Below are positions 36,360 to 46,884 of a stretch of 64,000 bases of DNA, one piece after another. The stretch comes from an uncultured Chloroflexia bacterium. Lineage in GTDB: Bacteria > Chloroflexota > Limnocylindria > Limnocylindrales > CSP1-4. How positions within the stretch are numbered: the stretch's first letter is position 1; each line of letters opens with the position of its first letter. The position numbers and the translations under genes are program-made. The stretch is taken from positions 57,081-121,080 of the forward strand of contig CAWEOO010000008.1 in the NCBI GenBank assembly GCA_963810725.1. The letters run 5' to 3'. The notes under the pieces were generated by a model. It did no database searches. It was not told where the DNA came from and worked only from the letters and a program-made list of their open reading frames with translations.

Positions 36360-39300
36360 TCAGGCGGCGTCCAGCGTCCCCGCGGCAAGCAGCATCGTGG
36401 CCAGCTCGTCCGCGGCCAGCGGCCGCGGCGAAGAGGTAGCCCTGGCCGAGCTTGGCGCCAAGCCGCACGAGCCGGTCGAGCTGCTCCTCGGTCTCGACCC
36501 CTTCGGCGACGGTCTCGAGATGGAGCGTCTGGCCGATCTTGACGATCGAGCGGACGAGGGCGGCCGCCTGGCGTGACGTCCCGATGTCGGCGACGAAGGA
36601 GCGGTCGATCTTGAGCACGTCGATCGGCAGTCGGGAGAGGTAGCTCAGCGAGGAGTAGCCGGTGCCGAAGTCGTCGATGGCGATCCGGAGGCCCAGGGCC
36701 TTGAGTCCCTCGAGGGCCGCCAGGCTGGCGCCAGCCTCCTCGACCAGGACCCCCTCCGTGATCTCGAGGGTCAGGTCGGCGGGCTCGAGGCCGGAATCCG
36801 AGAGCGCCGTCTGGACATGCTCGATGATCGAGCCGTGGAGCAGCTGGCGCGGCGAGATGTTCACGCTGAGGCGCAGGTCATCGGGGCCCTCGGCCGACGC
36901 GCGCCAGCCCTGCACGGTCCGGCAGGCCTCCTCGAGGACCCATCGACCCAGCGGCACGATGAGGTCGGCGGCCTCGGCCAGCGGGATGAACTGGGAGGGC
37001 TCGATATCGCCCCGGGTCGGATGATGCCAGCGGGCCAGCGCCTCGACGCCGACCGTCCGGCGCGTCAGCAGCTCGACGATCGGCTGGTACGCGACGCTCA
37101 GCTCACCGTTCTCGATCGCCGACTTGAGGTCCGCGCGGAGCTCGATCTCCAGCAAGCCGTCGCCGGCCATCGAGGGGTCGTAGACCTGCCACACGCCCTT
37201 GCCGCGGTCCTTGGCCGTGTACATCGCGGCGTCTGCCTCGCGCAATACGGTGGCCGCCTCCGAGCCGGCATGGCCGAACGCGATCCCGATGCTGGCTCGG
37301 GCGGTGATCCGGTGGCCCCCGATCTCGAACGAGGGCAGGAACGCGGCGATGATGCGATCGGCGACCCGGGTCGCTTCGTCCTGTGTCGTGAGCTCCAGCA
37401 GGACGGCGAACTCGTCGCCCCCCAGCCGCGCCGCCGTGTCGCCGGCTCGGACCAGCTCGCCGAGCCGGCGCGCCACCTCGATGAGCAGCCCGTCACCGGC
37501 GGCGTGACCGAGGCCGTCGTTGATGAGCTTGAAGTCATCGACGTCGAAGAAGATGACCCCGATGTCACCGCTCGCGCGCCGCTGGAGCGCGTGATCGAGG
37601 CGGTCGGCGAACAACGCGCGATTGGCGAGGCCCGTGAGCGAATCGTGGAACGCCTGGTGGCGCAACTCGTCCTCGAGCCGCCGGCGCTCGGTGATGTCGT
37701 GGATGAGCGCGCTGTAGGTCAGGATCCCGCCCGCCCGGACGGGCCAGATCGTCAACTCGACCGGGAACTCGCGGCCCGTGTTGTCGAGCGCCACCAGCTC
37801 GATCCGGCGCCCGACGAGCGGCCCGACCCCGGTCCTCGCAAATCGGCGCAGCCCGGCTTCGTGGGCGACGCGTTGCGCCTCGGGGACGATCAGGGTGCTC
37901 AGCAGGCGCCCGACGGCCTCATCGGGCGACCACCCGAACGTCTCCGTCGCCCGTTCGTTCCAGTCGAGGACGACACCCTCGGCATCGATGGCCACGTAGG
38001 CGGAGCTGGCCGACTCGATGATCCGGCGTTGCTGCTCCTCGCTCTCGCGTACCGCAGCCTCCGCCTCCTTCTGCGCCGTGATGTCCATCAAGACGCCGTG
38101 CGATTGCAGACGACCCTCGGGCAGGCGCACCAGCGTGGCTTCGTCGAGGACCCAGACTTCGTTGCCACGGCGGTCGCGCATGCGGAAGGTCTGGCGCAAC
38201 GGCACGCCGGTGGCGAAATGCTCGTCCTCCGCCGCAGCGACGGTCGCCGCGTCTTCCGGGTGGACGAGGCGGAACCAGAGCTCGGGATCGCCGGTTAGCT
38301 CGACCGGCGTGTAGGAGAGCAGTCGATTTGCCTCGGCGCTCACATAGATCATCGTCGAGTCGCGCAGGTCGGCGGTGAGCCGCTCATCGATATAGACGAC
38401 GGCCGGGATCGTCTCGATCAGGCGGCGGTGACTGGCCTCGACCGAGATCAGATGGTTGGCGGTTTCTCGGGCCTCGTGGACAGCGGCGGAACGTTCACGG
38501 ACGAGCAGCACCTGGCGGAGGACGGCGACCAGGATCACCGCCCAGCCGAGCGGCCTGACGAGCGCGTTCGAAGTGTCCGTCAACGACGCGGAGACCAGAC
38601 ATCCCACGGCGACGATGACGGCGGCCAGTGGCAAGGCATCGCGGATGAAGGCGCCGAGCCGATCGTCGCCTTTCGCTCCACGCATATCGAAACGAAAGGT
38701 GGCACCGGCAAGGCCGATGGCCACCGCCGAGATCGAGAACAGGTAGTTCGCCCAATATCCGGGCGGCGTGATGGCGGGAGCAGCGGCCACCCACTGCAAG
38801 TATCCCGCGCCGTACAGGGATGTCCCGATCAACAACGCGTAGAGGCCGCCATTGATCGGTCTCGCGCGGGTCGCGAGCGCCGCGATCAGGCCGGCGCCGG
38901 CGACAGACAGGCACGCGATGGGGAAGCTCAGGAGCAGCGCCCCAGCGAGGAGGTCCTGGCCTGCGATCAGATGCCCGAACACCAGCGTCACGACGGTCGC
39001 GATGGCGAGGAACGTGACCGCGCAATCGAGATAGAGGCCGAGTCGTTCGCGTCGATCGACCGCATGCCGGAGCGCGAGGTCGAGGGCAACGACCGCGGGG
39101 ACCATCGCAGCGAAGGTCAGGAAGTCAGAAGGCGACGGAACGACGACGACACCGAGCGCGGACTGGATGAGCCAGGCGACCTGAGCGGCGAGCCAGACCA
39201 GGGACACCGTCGCGAGGGCGGCTCGGATGCGCCGCTCGAGGCCGCTGGAGGTTCGGAAGCCGCGAAAGGCGAGCGCGAAGCCCACGCCGTAGAACACCGT

Positions 39301-39459
39301 CCAGTGGGCGTTCTCCCAGAGCATCGCCTGCCCGCCGAGGTCGATGGCCGTCAGCACGATCGCGCCGATGCCCAGCGCCACGGCGAAGCCGATGCCCAGC
39401 GTCCAGCGCGCCGTGACGGGGACCGCCGCGGGCGGAACCGAGGGGTTCAGGGTGGCCAT
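36360..39459 (-). CDS. Membrane sensor: polytopic N-domain, PAS, PAS, GGDEF, EAL (last ~22 codons need a +1 frame correction)
   Basis: Start is ATG 39459 (MATLNPSVPPAAV...). It has about 10 TMS and two PAS domains. The GGDEF motif is ARLGGDEFAVLL. EAL-domain motifs are LTLEITEGV and AIDDFGTGYSSLSYL. As written the ORF runs to 36280 with an Arg-rich tail. Removing one base near 36422-36430 gives the family-typical end GQGYLFA.PLAADELATMLLAAGTLDAA with a stop at 36360-36362. That also removes the overlap with 34637-36316. Confidence 0.85.
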
Positions 39460-39554
39460 ATGCAGTTGTGACCGTAACGGGGGACGAGTCAGGCTACCAC
39501 GGCCCATTGGGGCTACAGCCGGGCGGCATTCACCGTCGATCCGTCTGCTGGGCC

Positions 39555-41912
39555 TCAGCGATCCGCGTCGGCGGCGAGGTCGCGCATGATCGCGGCCATC
39601 GAGCGCCGGAGCCTGCCGGGCATCGCCGGCAATCGCCGGTTCGCGATGAGGCGGCGGCCGAGGCGCCATGCCGCTGCAGACCTCGGCCGGGCGCTGCCGG
39701 CTACCGGCACGGCCGCGGGAGCCGGTGTCGGCACGAAGATGGGCGCCGGAGGGGCCGCCGGGGCGGACGGGGAAGACGGGGCCGACGGGATCGCCGCGGG
39801 CGACGGGGCCGGCATCGCGATGGCGCGAGGGGCGCGCTCCTGGTAGATCGTCGGGATCGCCGCCCACGGACGGGGGGAGGCCGCCGCGGCGCGCCACCCG
39901 TCGGGATCGGCCGGGCGGAGGCGCCCCTCCATGACGGCCTCGAACTCGTTGCCGTCGATCCGCTCCTGCTCGTAGAGATATGCGGCGACGTCGCGCAGGC
40001 GGGACATCTCGGCGATGAGCGTGCGGCGAGCTCCGGTGTAGGCATCATCGAGAATGCTCCCGATGGCCCGGGCCTGAGCGTCACGCACGTCACGACTGAA
40101 GGCGGCAGGGTCGCCAACCAGCGTGGTCAGGATGCCCCGACCGGTCGCGCCCTCATCGGCTGCCTGGGGGTCGCGGCCCATGCCGAAGCGGTGGACCATC
40201 GTGGTCGCGATGCTCGTGGCCTTCTCGAAGTCGTTGGAGGCGCCGCCGGTGACTTCGTGGAACAGCAGCTCTTCCGCCACTCGGCCACCCATCAGGGCGA
40301 CCAACCGGGCGCGCAGGTCGGTCTCCGACGGCAGGTCGTCGTCCTCGGAGCTCGAGACCGTCACGCCCAGGGCCTCCCCGTGAGCGAAGAGGCTGATCTC
40401 CTCGACCCGACGCTTGTCACCGTGAACGAAGCCACAGACCGCGTGACCCGCCTCGTGGGCCGCGATGATGCTGCGCTCGCGCTCGTCCATGGAGCGCTTG
40501 CGCGAGGTGCCCAAGGCCGTCTTCAGCCAACCGTTGTGGACCTGGATGGGCCCGATGGCATCGAGTCCGGTCCGGGCAGCGAGGATGGCCGCCTCATTGA
40601 GCAGGTCGGCGAGCATCGCACCGGAGAACCCGTAGGTCTTGCGCGCCACGGCGGGCAGGTCGACATCGGGCGTCAGCGGCTTGCCCTTGGCGTGTACGGC
40701 CAGGATCGCGAGGCGGCCGTCGCGATCGGGCAGCGGGACGTGGATCTTGCGGGTGAACCGGCCTGGACGGAGGGCGGCCGGGTCGAGGGTGTCGAGGCGG
40801 TTCGTGGCGCCGATGACGACGACGCCCTCGTTGCTCCCGAAGCCATCCATCTCGACGAGCAGCTGGTTCAGCGTCTGCTCGCGTTCCTCGTGACTGTCCG
40901 CGCCGCCGCGGGCCTTTGCCATGGCGTCGATCTCGTCGATGAACACGACCGCCCGCCCGGCCGCTCGCGCCTTGGCGAACAGCTCCCGGACACGCCCGGC
41001 GCCGACTCCCACGTACTTCTCGACGAACTCGGAGCCCGATACGGAGAAGAACGGGACGTCGGCCTCGGCCGCGACCGCCTTGGCGAGCATGGTCTTGCCG
41101 GTGCCCGGCGGGCCGTAGAGCATCACGCCGCGGATCGCGGTGGCGCCGAGCCGGACGAAGCGGGCCGGGTCGCGCAGGAACTCGATGGTTTCGGTCAGCT
41201 CCAGCTTGGCTTCATCGGCGCCGGCGACATCGGCGAGCGTCACGCTCGGACGCTCCCCGACGACCTCGACGTCGGTCCGGCGCCGCTTGAGGCTGCGCGA
41301 CGGACGCCAGGTGCGAGACGCCGAGCCGCGCAGGCGCATGAAGACGAGGACGACGAGGACCAGCATGGCGCCCGACATCGCCAGACCGACGAACGACGGC
41401 AGCCCGCCGGCGGCGGAGCCCGGGTCGAGGGCGAGCGCCTCGTCGGTAAGCAGTCGCGAATAGCCGGCGGCGCGGATCACGTCGAGGGCGTCGCCGACGG
41501 GGACCTCCGGTCTGACGACGTGGATCGCGCCGCTGACCGTTCTCGCGATGAGGATCGGGGCCAGGACGTTCGTCGTGGAGCCATTCGCCGGCGTCATGGC
41601 ACTGATCGCATCGACCTCGCCGCTGCGCGCCGCAGCGAGCACCTGGTCGAGCGTCCAGCGGTCGCCGGTCGTCGTGAAGGTTGGCGGAGCCCCGCTGACC
41701 GGTCCCGCGGCGTCCATCGGAGCGCCACCAAGGACACCGGTCAGGAGGAGCGCGAGACCCGCGCCGGTCAGGAGGAAGGCGAGCAGGACCGCGATGACGC
41801 GGGGCGTGCGGAGGTTGGTCAAGACATGGCTCCGGCTGGATCTCTGGGATGCTGCACACGACCGTACTTCTCCGCACCCGGTGCAGGACATCGGTTGATG
41901 GTCCGGGCCCAT
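39555..41912 (-). CDS. ftsH: ATP-dependent zinc metalloprotease FtsH
   Basis: It has two TMS, Walker A (GPPGTGKT), Walker B (VFIDEIDA) and SRH, plus the zinc motif HEAGHA. There is a Pro/Ala-rich C-terminal tail of about 120 aa. The start is ambiguous: ATG 41912, ATG 41891, or TTG 41822 preceded by GGAG. Confidence 0.9.
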   Translation of the reverse strand: MGPDHQPMSCTGCGEVRSCAASQRSSRSHVLTNLRTPRVIAVLLAFLLTGAGLALLLTGVLGGAPMDAAGPVSGAPPTFTTTGDRWTLDQVLAAARSGEVDAISAMTPANGSTTNVLAPILIARTVSGAIHVVRPEVPVGDALDVIRAAGYSRLLTDEALALDPGSAAGGLPSFVGLAMSGAMLVLVVLVFMRLRGSASRTWRPSRSLKRRRTDVEVVGERPSVTLADVAGADEAKLELTETIEFLRDPARFVRLGATAIRGVMLYGPPGTGKTMLAKAVAAEADVPFFSVSGSEFVEKYVGVGAGRVRELFAKARAAGRAVVFIDEIDAMAKARGGADSHEEREQTLNQLLVEMDGFGSNEGVVVIGATNRLDTLDPAALRPGRFTRKIHVPLPDRDGRLAILAVHAKGKPLTPDVDLPAVARKTYGFSGAMLADLLNEAAILAARTGLDAIGPIQVHNGWLKTALGTSRKRSMDERERSIIAAHEAGHAVCGFVHGDKRRVEEISLFAHGEALGVTVSSSEDDDLPSETDLRARLVALMGGRVAEELLFHEVTGGASNDFEKATSIATTMVHRFGMGRDPQAADEGATGRGILTTLVGDPAAFSRDVRDAQARAIGSILDDAYTGARRTLIAEMSRLRDVAAYLYEQERIDGNEFEAVMEGRLRPADPDGWRAAAASPRPWAAIPTIYQERAPRAIAMPAPSPAAIPSAPSSPSAPAAPPAPIFVPTPAPAAVPVAGSARPRSAAAWRLGRRLIANRRLPAMPGRLRRSMAAIMRDLAADADR

Positions 41913-41940
41913 CTACAGCGAATGGATGATGCAACCGTCG

Positions 41941-42773
41941 TCAGGAACCTGCTAGCGCGGCGATGACGGCGTCCGAGAACCGCGGCCAGGCCTCAAGCGC
42001 CCAGGGGCCGTAGTCGCGGTCGGTGAGGCAGACGAGGGCTCCATCGAGCGCGGGATCCACCCACAGGAACCCGCCCGACCCGCCGAAATGCCCGAAGGTC
42101 GCCGGGGAGTTCCGGGTTCCCGTCCAGTGCGGGCTCTTGCCGTCGCGCAGCTCGAATCCGAGCCCCCAGTCGAGCGGCTCGAACCGCCCGACGCCGGGCA
42201 GCACGCCGGTCAGGCCGGGAAAGGCGGTGGTCGTCGCCTCGTCGAGGGTCGCCCGTGTCACGAGCGACGGGCGCAGGAGCTCGCGAGCCAGGGCGGCCAG
42301 ATCGGCGAGCGGGCCATGGAGGCCCTCCGATGGCCTGGTCACGAGGTCGCGTGCCGGCCATCCCGAGCGGCCCCAGGACCCGCTGGTCCAGCGCCTCCGC
42401 GATCGCGACCCCGTCGCGTTCGGCGAGCAGGGCACCGAGGATGTCGTAGCCGGGGTTCGAGTAGATCCGGCGGGTGCCGGGTCTGGGCGAGACGGCCTCG
42501 CCCTCGAACGGCAGGCCGGAGGCGTGGGCGAGGAGGTGGCGGACCGTGGCGCCGGGCGGGCCGGCGGCCTCGTCGAGGTCGATCAGGCCGTCCTCGACGG
42601 CATCGAGGACGGCCAGGGCGGTGACGAGCTTGGTCACCGACGCCCAGCGGAAGGTGTGGCCCGGGTCGCCGTGGCTGGCGATGACCCCGTCCGGACCGAC
42701 GACCGCCGCGGCGGCGTGGTCGGCGCCCCAGTCGTCGATGGTTCCGAGCGCGGTGGGCGAGGTGGTGGTCCAC
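41941..42773 (-). pseudogene. Serine hydrolase / class C beta-lactamase-family protein, one or two apparent +1 frameshifts
   Basis: The SxxK motif (WASVTKLVTALAVLDAVEDG) and YSNPGYDILGALL are in the 214-aa ORF frame. The C-terminal part (GPLADLAALARELL...GHFGGSGGFLWVDP) is in the 164-aa ORF frame, with the junction at about 42342-42356. The only plausible start, GTG 42773, is one base out of frame (gtgGaccaccacc). Confidence 0.6.
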
Positions 42774-42816
42774 GGCGGCTGATGCTAGCCGCCGTGGATG
42801 GGTGCTGTCCGGCGTC

Positions 42817-43218
42817 CTAGGTGGACGTCGACGTGTCGGTCGACGGCGACGCCGCGGGACTCTGTCCGTCCGTGCCGTCCTGCCTGCCGGCGCCGTCCTC
42901 GGGGCAATCGCCCTTGTCCGGCCGGTCGGTCGACGTCGAGTCGTCGTTGGTCGACGGCTGGGTGCCCGGCGTCGTGCCCGGGCTCGCGCTCGAGGACGGC
43001 TCGGGGCTCGCGGCCAGGACGACTGCGGCGCCGCCGACGGCCAGCAGACCGACGGCGAGGCCGAAGGTCGCCATGCTGCGGCGGATGCCGGTCAGGCGCA
43101 GCGGCGCTGCCGTCGCGCTCGAGGGTGCCGCCGCCGGGGGCGTCGTCGTCGAGGGCGGCGAGGTCGCCACGGGCCTCGATCCCGGGACGAGGGGTTCGAT
43201 GGGGAGCTGGGGATCCAT
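42817..43218 (-). CDS. Membrane-anchored Pro/Ser/Thr-rich protein, unknown function
   Basis: 133 aa with consistently high GC3. It has one TMS (MATFGLAVGLLAVGGAAVVLAA) flanked by low-complexity PST-rich regions. Confidence 0.5.
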   Translation of the reverse strand: MDPQLPIEPLVPGSRPVATSPPSTTTPPAAAPSSATAAPLRLTGIRRSMATFGLAVGLLAVGGAAVVLAASPEPSSSASPGTTPGTQPSTNDDSTSTDRPDKGDCPEDGAGRQDGTDGQSPAASPSTDTSTST

Positions 43219-43360
43219 GACGGTCTCCTGATGCGGGGAGTGGTTGGATGCCAGCGCTGGCGAGTTCGAGGCTCGCGGCGCGTCCTGAGAACCGTCTGAG
43301 CCCTTCGCGTCCCCTTCGGATCGTCACGGGATCGACGCACATTCCGCCTAGACTTCGGAC

Positions 43361-44038
43361 ATGCAGTTCTTCCGCTCCCGACCCCAGACCGTCCCCTCCC
43401 CCGCCGACGCCCTCCCGGGCCGCTCCGAGCCGATCATGGATCCGGGTATCCACCGGGTCTTGGGCACGCCGCTGGCCGGCCCGTGGCCTGATGGCACGAA
43501 GACCGCGGTCTTCGGCCTCGGCTGCTTCTGGGGCGACGAGAAGGACTTCTGGCAGATCCCGGGCGTCGTCACGACGGCCGTCGGCTATGCCGGTGGTCAC
43601 ACCCCAAACCCGACGTATGAGGAGGTCTGCTCCGAGCGGACCGGTCACGCCGAGGTGGTGCTGGTCGCCTATGATCCGTCGCGGGTCAGCTACGAGCAGC
43701 TGCTCATGACGTTCTGGGAGGCCCACGACCCCACCCAGGGCATGCGCCAGGGTAACGACCGAGGCACCAGCTACCGCTCGATCATCATCGTCGCCGACGA
43801 CCAGCAGCGGGCCGCCGCCGAGACCTCGAAGGCCATGTATCAGGAGCAGCTGTCGAAGGCTGGGTACGGCACGATCACGACGGGGATCGTCGACGCCGCG
43901 TCGAACCCGTTCTACTACGCCGAGGACTACCACCAGCAGTACCTCGACAAGAATCCGCGAGGCTACTGCCCGAACCACGCGACCGGCGTGAAGCTACCGG
44001 ATGACTTCGCGGTCACGCCGCTGCAGTACGTGGACTGA
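43361..44038 (+). CDS. msrA: Peptide-methionine (S)-S-oxide reductase MsrA
   Basis: 225 aa and colinear with E. coli MsrA as I recall it: SPADALPGR...[19 protein letters not shown]...[26 protein letters not shown]...[23 protein letters not shown]...[20 protein letters not shown]. Confidence 0.9.
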   Translation: MQFFRSRPQTVPSPADALPGRSEPIMDPGIHRVLGTPLAGPWPDGTKTAVFGLGCFWGDEKDFWQIPGVVTTAVGYAGGHTPNPTYEEVCSERTGHAEVVLVAYDPSRVSYEQLLMTFWEAHDPTQGMRQGNDRGTSYRSIIIVADDQQRAAAETSKAMYQEQLSKAGYGTITTGIVDAASNPFYYAEDYHQQYLDKNPRGYCPNHATGVKLPDDFAVTPLQYVD

Positions 44039-44061
44039 CGCTCGTCTGCGACGTGAATGGT

Positions 44062-44232
44062 TCAATCATTCGGCAAGGTCGAGGACACAAAGCGCTCGCG
44101 GTTGATGTCGCTGTCGGCCTGAAGGTCGGCGACCTTCTGCTCGGTGGACGCGATGGAGTCCGCCCCGGCGATAAAGCGGCGTCGCGGTGGCTCCTCACTC
44201 GCGAGCGAGACCAGAGCCAGCATGTCAGTCAT
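44062..44232 (-). pseudogene. C-terminal fragment of an SDR-family oxidoreductase (remnant)
   Basis: Too short for the ORF track. The reverse frame gives ...DMLALVSLASEEPPRRRFIAGADSIASTEQKVADLQADSDINRERFVSSTLPND*. This resembles the conserved C-terminal tail of classical SDRs. No Rossmann or catalytic part lies upstream (in-frame stop at 44278-44280). Confidence 0.45.
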
Positions 44233-44403
44233 CGACACTCCTCTGCTCGGGAGTGTCTCATGTCCACCTGAACGGACTCATATCTCGCAAGGAACCCGGA
44301 CGGGTACATGTGTCACACCGCGACCAGTGTCGCGTGCCCGATCGGGCTTGGCGTCGCGGCGGCGCAGCGCTAGAGTCAGCGCTCGCGCAGTACCAAGGAG
44401 GCG

Positions 44404-44821
44404 ATGCATGACTCGTCCGCCGGTCACGAAGTCATGACGATCGAGCTGAACCACACGATCGTCTACTCGCGGAACAAGCGTGTGTCCTCGGACTTCCTTG
44501 CGGGCCTCTTCGGGCTACCGAGCCCGGTGTTGTGGGGTCCGTTCCTCGCGATCGAAGTCGCCAACAAGGTGACACTCGACTTCCGCGATGCCGACGGCGA
44601 GATCGATGCTCAGCACTACTGCTTCCTCGTGGGCGAAGACGAGTTCGACGAGATCTTCGGTCGAAATCCAGGCGCAAGGCCTCCTATACTGGGCCGACCC
44701 GGGCCACGACAAACCGGGCGAGATCAACACCCACGACGGCGGCCGGGGCGTCTACTTCGATGACCCAAGCGGGCACCAGCTTGAAATCATCACGAGGCCG
44801 TACGGAGAGGCTCGCGGCTAG
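44404..44821 (+). pseudogene. VOC-family protein, apparent +1 frameshift in an AAA run
   Basis: AAGGAGG lies 4 nt before ATG 44404. ...MTIELNHTIVYSRNKRVSSDFLAGLFGLP...AQHYCFLVGEDEFDEIFGR is in frame 1. (I)QAQGLLYWADPGHDKPGEINTHDGGRGVYFDDPSGHQLEIITRPYGEARG* is in frame 2. The junction is at ggtcgAAAtccag (about 44660-44668). Confidence 0.6.
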
Positions 44822-44868
44822 ATCGCTGTGCTGGCGAACCCCGATGGCGGGCAGTAGGTGACCCATCT

Positions 44869-44955
44869 GAGAACCCGCGCGGCTACTGCCCAAATCACGC
44901 GACCGGCGTCGCGTTCCCCGACGTGTTGGTGACGCCCCTTCAGTACGCTGACTGA
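44869..44955 (+). pseudogene. Orphan second copy of the msrA 3' end (28 codons + stop)
   Basis: It translates as [28 protein letters not shown]. The intact gene ends [29 protein letters not shown] (43952-44038). No upstream msrA-like sequence precedes it: an in-frame TAG lies just before, and homology starts at about 44855. Confidence 0.65.
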
Positions 44956-44997
44956 CGCCGAGACCGGCGCTCAGCCAAGGACTCTAGACTTGGCGGC

Positions 44998-45439
44998 GTG
45001 ACGACCCTGCGACTGGACCACGTGAGCGTCGTCGTCGACGACCTTGAGGCTGCCAAAGCGTTTTTTGTCGAACTTGGCATGGAGCTGGAGGGCGAAGCGC
45101 CGATCGAGGGACCCTGGGTAGACCGTGTCAACGCGCTCGACGGCGTCCGAGTCGACATCGCGATGATGCGAACGCCGGATGGCCACGGCAAGCTTGAGCT
45201 GACGAAGTTCCATAGCCCGACGGCGGTCACTACCGAGCCGGAGAACGCACTGGGGAACACGCTGGGCCTACGAAGCATCATGTTCGCCGTCGATGACGTC
45301 GACGGACGTGCTTGCGCGCCTGCAGTCCCACGGCGCCGAACTCGTCGGCGAGATGGCGCAATACGAGGACAGCTATCGGCTCTGTTACGTGCGCGGCCCC
45401 GAGGGCATCATCGTCGCGCTGGCCCAGTCGCTCGGCTGA
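44998..45439 (+). pseudogene. VOC-family protein, apparent +1 frameshift
   Basis: MTTLRLDHVSVVVDDLEAAKAFFVELGMELEGE...GKLELTKFHSP...LRSIMFAVDDVD is in frame 1. DVLARLQSHGAELVGEMAQYEDSYRLCYVRGPEGIIVALAQSLG* is in frame 2. The junction is at gtcgacGgacgtg (about 45298-45306) and the stop at 45437-45439. Confidence 0.6.
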
Positions 45440-45487
45440 CCCATCCCGGCGGGCGTAGCAGGACGCAGACCCAACCCAGAAACGAGT

Positions 45488-45513
45488 GAGGCGGACCCGA
45501 TCAGGCCCGCCTC
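45488..45513. terminator. GC-rich hairpin between convergent genes
   Basis: gaggcggacc-cgatca-ggcccgcctc forms a 10-bp stem with 1 mismatch. It lies between the stops at 45439 (+) and 45548 (-). Confidence 0.4.
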
Positions 45514-45547
45514 TACAATTCACCACCCGGCGTAGCCGGGCGACGGG

Positions 45548-46303
45548 CTAGTTCGAGTGCCCCTTGGCCTTGGGCGCGTGTGATGGATGCGCATGCGTGG
45601 CGGCCTCGGAACGTGCAGGCACCTTGGTCGCCTTGACCGTCTTCTCTGCCTTGACCGTCGCCGCCGCGGAGCGCGGGGTCGGTGCTTTCACCGTGATCGG
45701 CGCGTTCGCCGTCGTCGTCGGCGCGGGCGCCGTCGCGGCGGCGATCGTCGCTGCCACGGCGGCACTGGCGGCCTTGTGGATCCGGACGTTGCCGCCCCGC
45801 AGGAGCTGGACACCGGTGTCGTAGCCGGTGCTCAGCGCGAGCCGGTACGTGTCGGATCGGCCGGGCTGGCCGAGGTCGGTCACATCGATCTGGAAGCCGA
45901 CCAGGCCGGCTCCGTCGACGGTGGCCGTCCCGAGGATGGTGGCCGCGGTCCCGTCAGGGGCGCAGGTGACCGCCGAGACGGCGATCGAGTGGACGTTCAT
46001 GGCCGCCACCGGCCCGTGATCCTGGAACTGCGCCCGACCGGACGGTCCGGCGGCGCTGGCGTTGCCACCGAACGTGGCCTTGTCGCCGTTGGCCGCCGTG
46101 ATCCGGCCGCCGTACGTGACCTTGCAAGCCGGGCCGCCGGTCGGGATGGCGGCGGCGGCGTCAGCCGCGCGAGTCGCCTGGATGCTGCTCCCAGCGAACG
46201 CGGTGGTGGCGCCCAGGGCGAGCATCATCAGCCCGATCGTCAGCGACGCCATGAGCCGGCCGACGATGGACTGCGCGCGGGTGTTCTGGGTCGATGTGAT
46301 CAT
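45548..46303 (-). CDS. Secreted protein of unknown function
   Basis: 251 aa. It has a signal peptide (LMASLTIGLMMLALGATTAFA), a beta-rich Gly/Ala/Thr domain, and an Ala/Thr/Lys-rich basic tail (TVKAEKTVKATKVPA...HAPKAKGHSN). Confidence 0.6.
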   Translation of the reverse strand: MITSTQNTRAQSIVGRLMASLTIGLMMLALGATTAFAGSSIQATRAADAAAAIPTGGPACKVTYGGRITAANGDKATFGGNASAAGPSGRAQFQDHGPVAAMNVHSIAVSAVTCAPDGTAATILGTATVDGAGLVGFQIDVTDLGQPGRSDTYRLALSTGYDTGVQLLRGGNVRIHKAASAAVAATIAAATAPAPTTTANAPITVKAPTPRSAAATVKAEKTVKATKVPARSEAATHAHPSHAPKAKGHSN

Positions 46304-46467
46304 CGGAACCCTCCAATGCGGTCGCGCGTAGGCGACATGCCCAGCTGCGACCAGTGCACCGTGCCCGAGCGCTCATGGCCTCGGCTTCTGTCGAGCGACT
46401 GCATCGGCCGAGGGGTCCGCCGACCCCCTGCCCAGCTCAACGTTGTGTCGGTCGACGCGCGCCGGCC

Positions 46468-46860
46468 CTACCGCGACACGACGACGTGGCCCGAATCCGT
46501 CAATGCGACGATAGCGGCGTCGAAGTCGGGCTCATGGACCAGGATGTAGTCCGTGTCGAATGTCGAGATCGCGAAGATCGGGATGCCGGCGTCTGCCAGC
46601 GGGTTCGCAAGCGCGGCCACGACGCCGATCAGCGTCATCACGATCGGGCCCTGCACCCGCAGCGCGCGCCACGGACCCTCCATCGACACGCCCTTGGGGA
46701 CGTCGTCTCGGGCGCAGACGATCGACAGCTCGTCCTTCGTGCGCGTGACCGAGGTGAAATCCCCAGACCGGTCGACCCAGCTCGGAACGACGCTTTCGGC
46801 ATCGAGCCGACACACGGCCAGGCGCACCTCGATGGCCTCCAGGTGCAGCGACGTGGGCAT
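46468..46860 (-). CDS. ACT domain-containing protein (ACT_7-like)
   Basis: Start is ATG 46860 (MPTSLHLEAIEVRLAVCRLD...). The C-terminus, WRALRVQGPIVMTLIGVVAALANPLADAGIPIFAISTFDTDYILV, is characteristic. The rest of the 319-aa track ORF is antisense noise. Confidence 0.7.
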   Translation of the reverse strand: MPTSLHLEAIEVRLAVCRLDAESVVPSWVDRSGDFTSVTRTKDELSIVCARDDVPKGVSMEGPWRALRVQGPIVMTLIGVVAALANPLADAGIPIFAISTFDTDYILVHEPDFDAAIVALTDSGHVVVSR

Positions 46861-46884
46861 CGATCTCGATGGTACGCCGCCCGC

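Noticed and set aside
39468-41966. 832-aa plus-strand ORF opposite ftsH. Similar antisense ORFs: 56704-59100 (-), 59929-62511 (-), 55004-56707 (-), 42785-43978 (-), 36817-38298 (+), 16135-17196 (+)
   Set aside because: All are extremely Arg/Gly/Pro/Asp-rich, lack domain motifs, and fully overlap genes with clear family signatures on the opposite strand.
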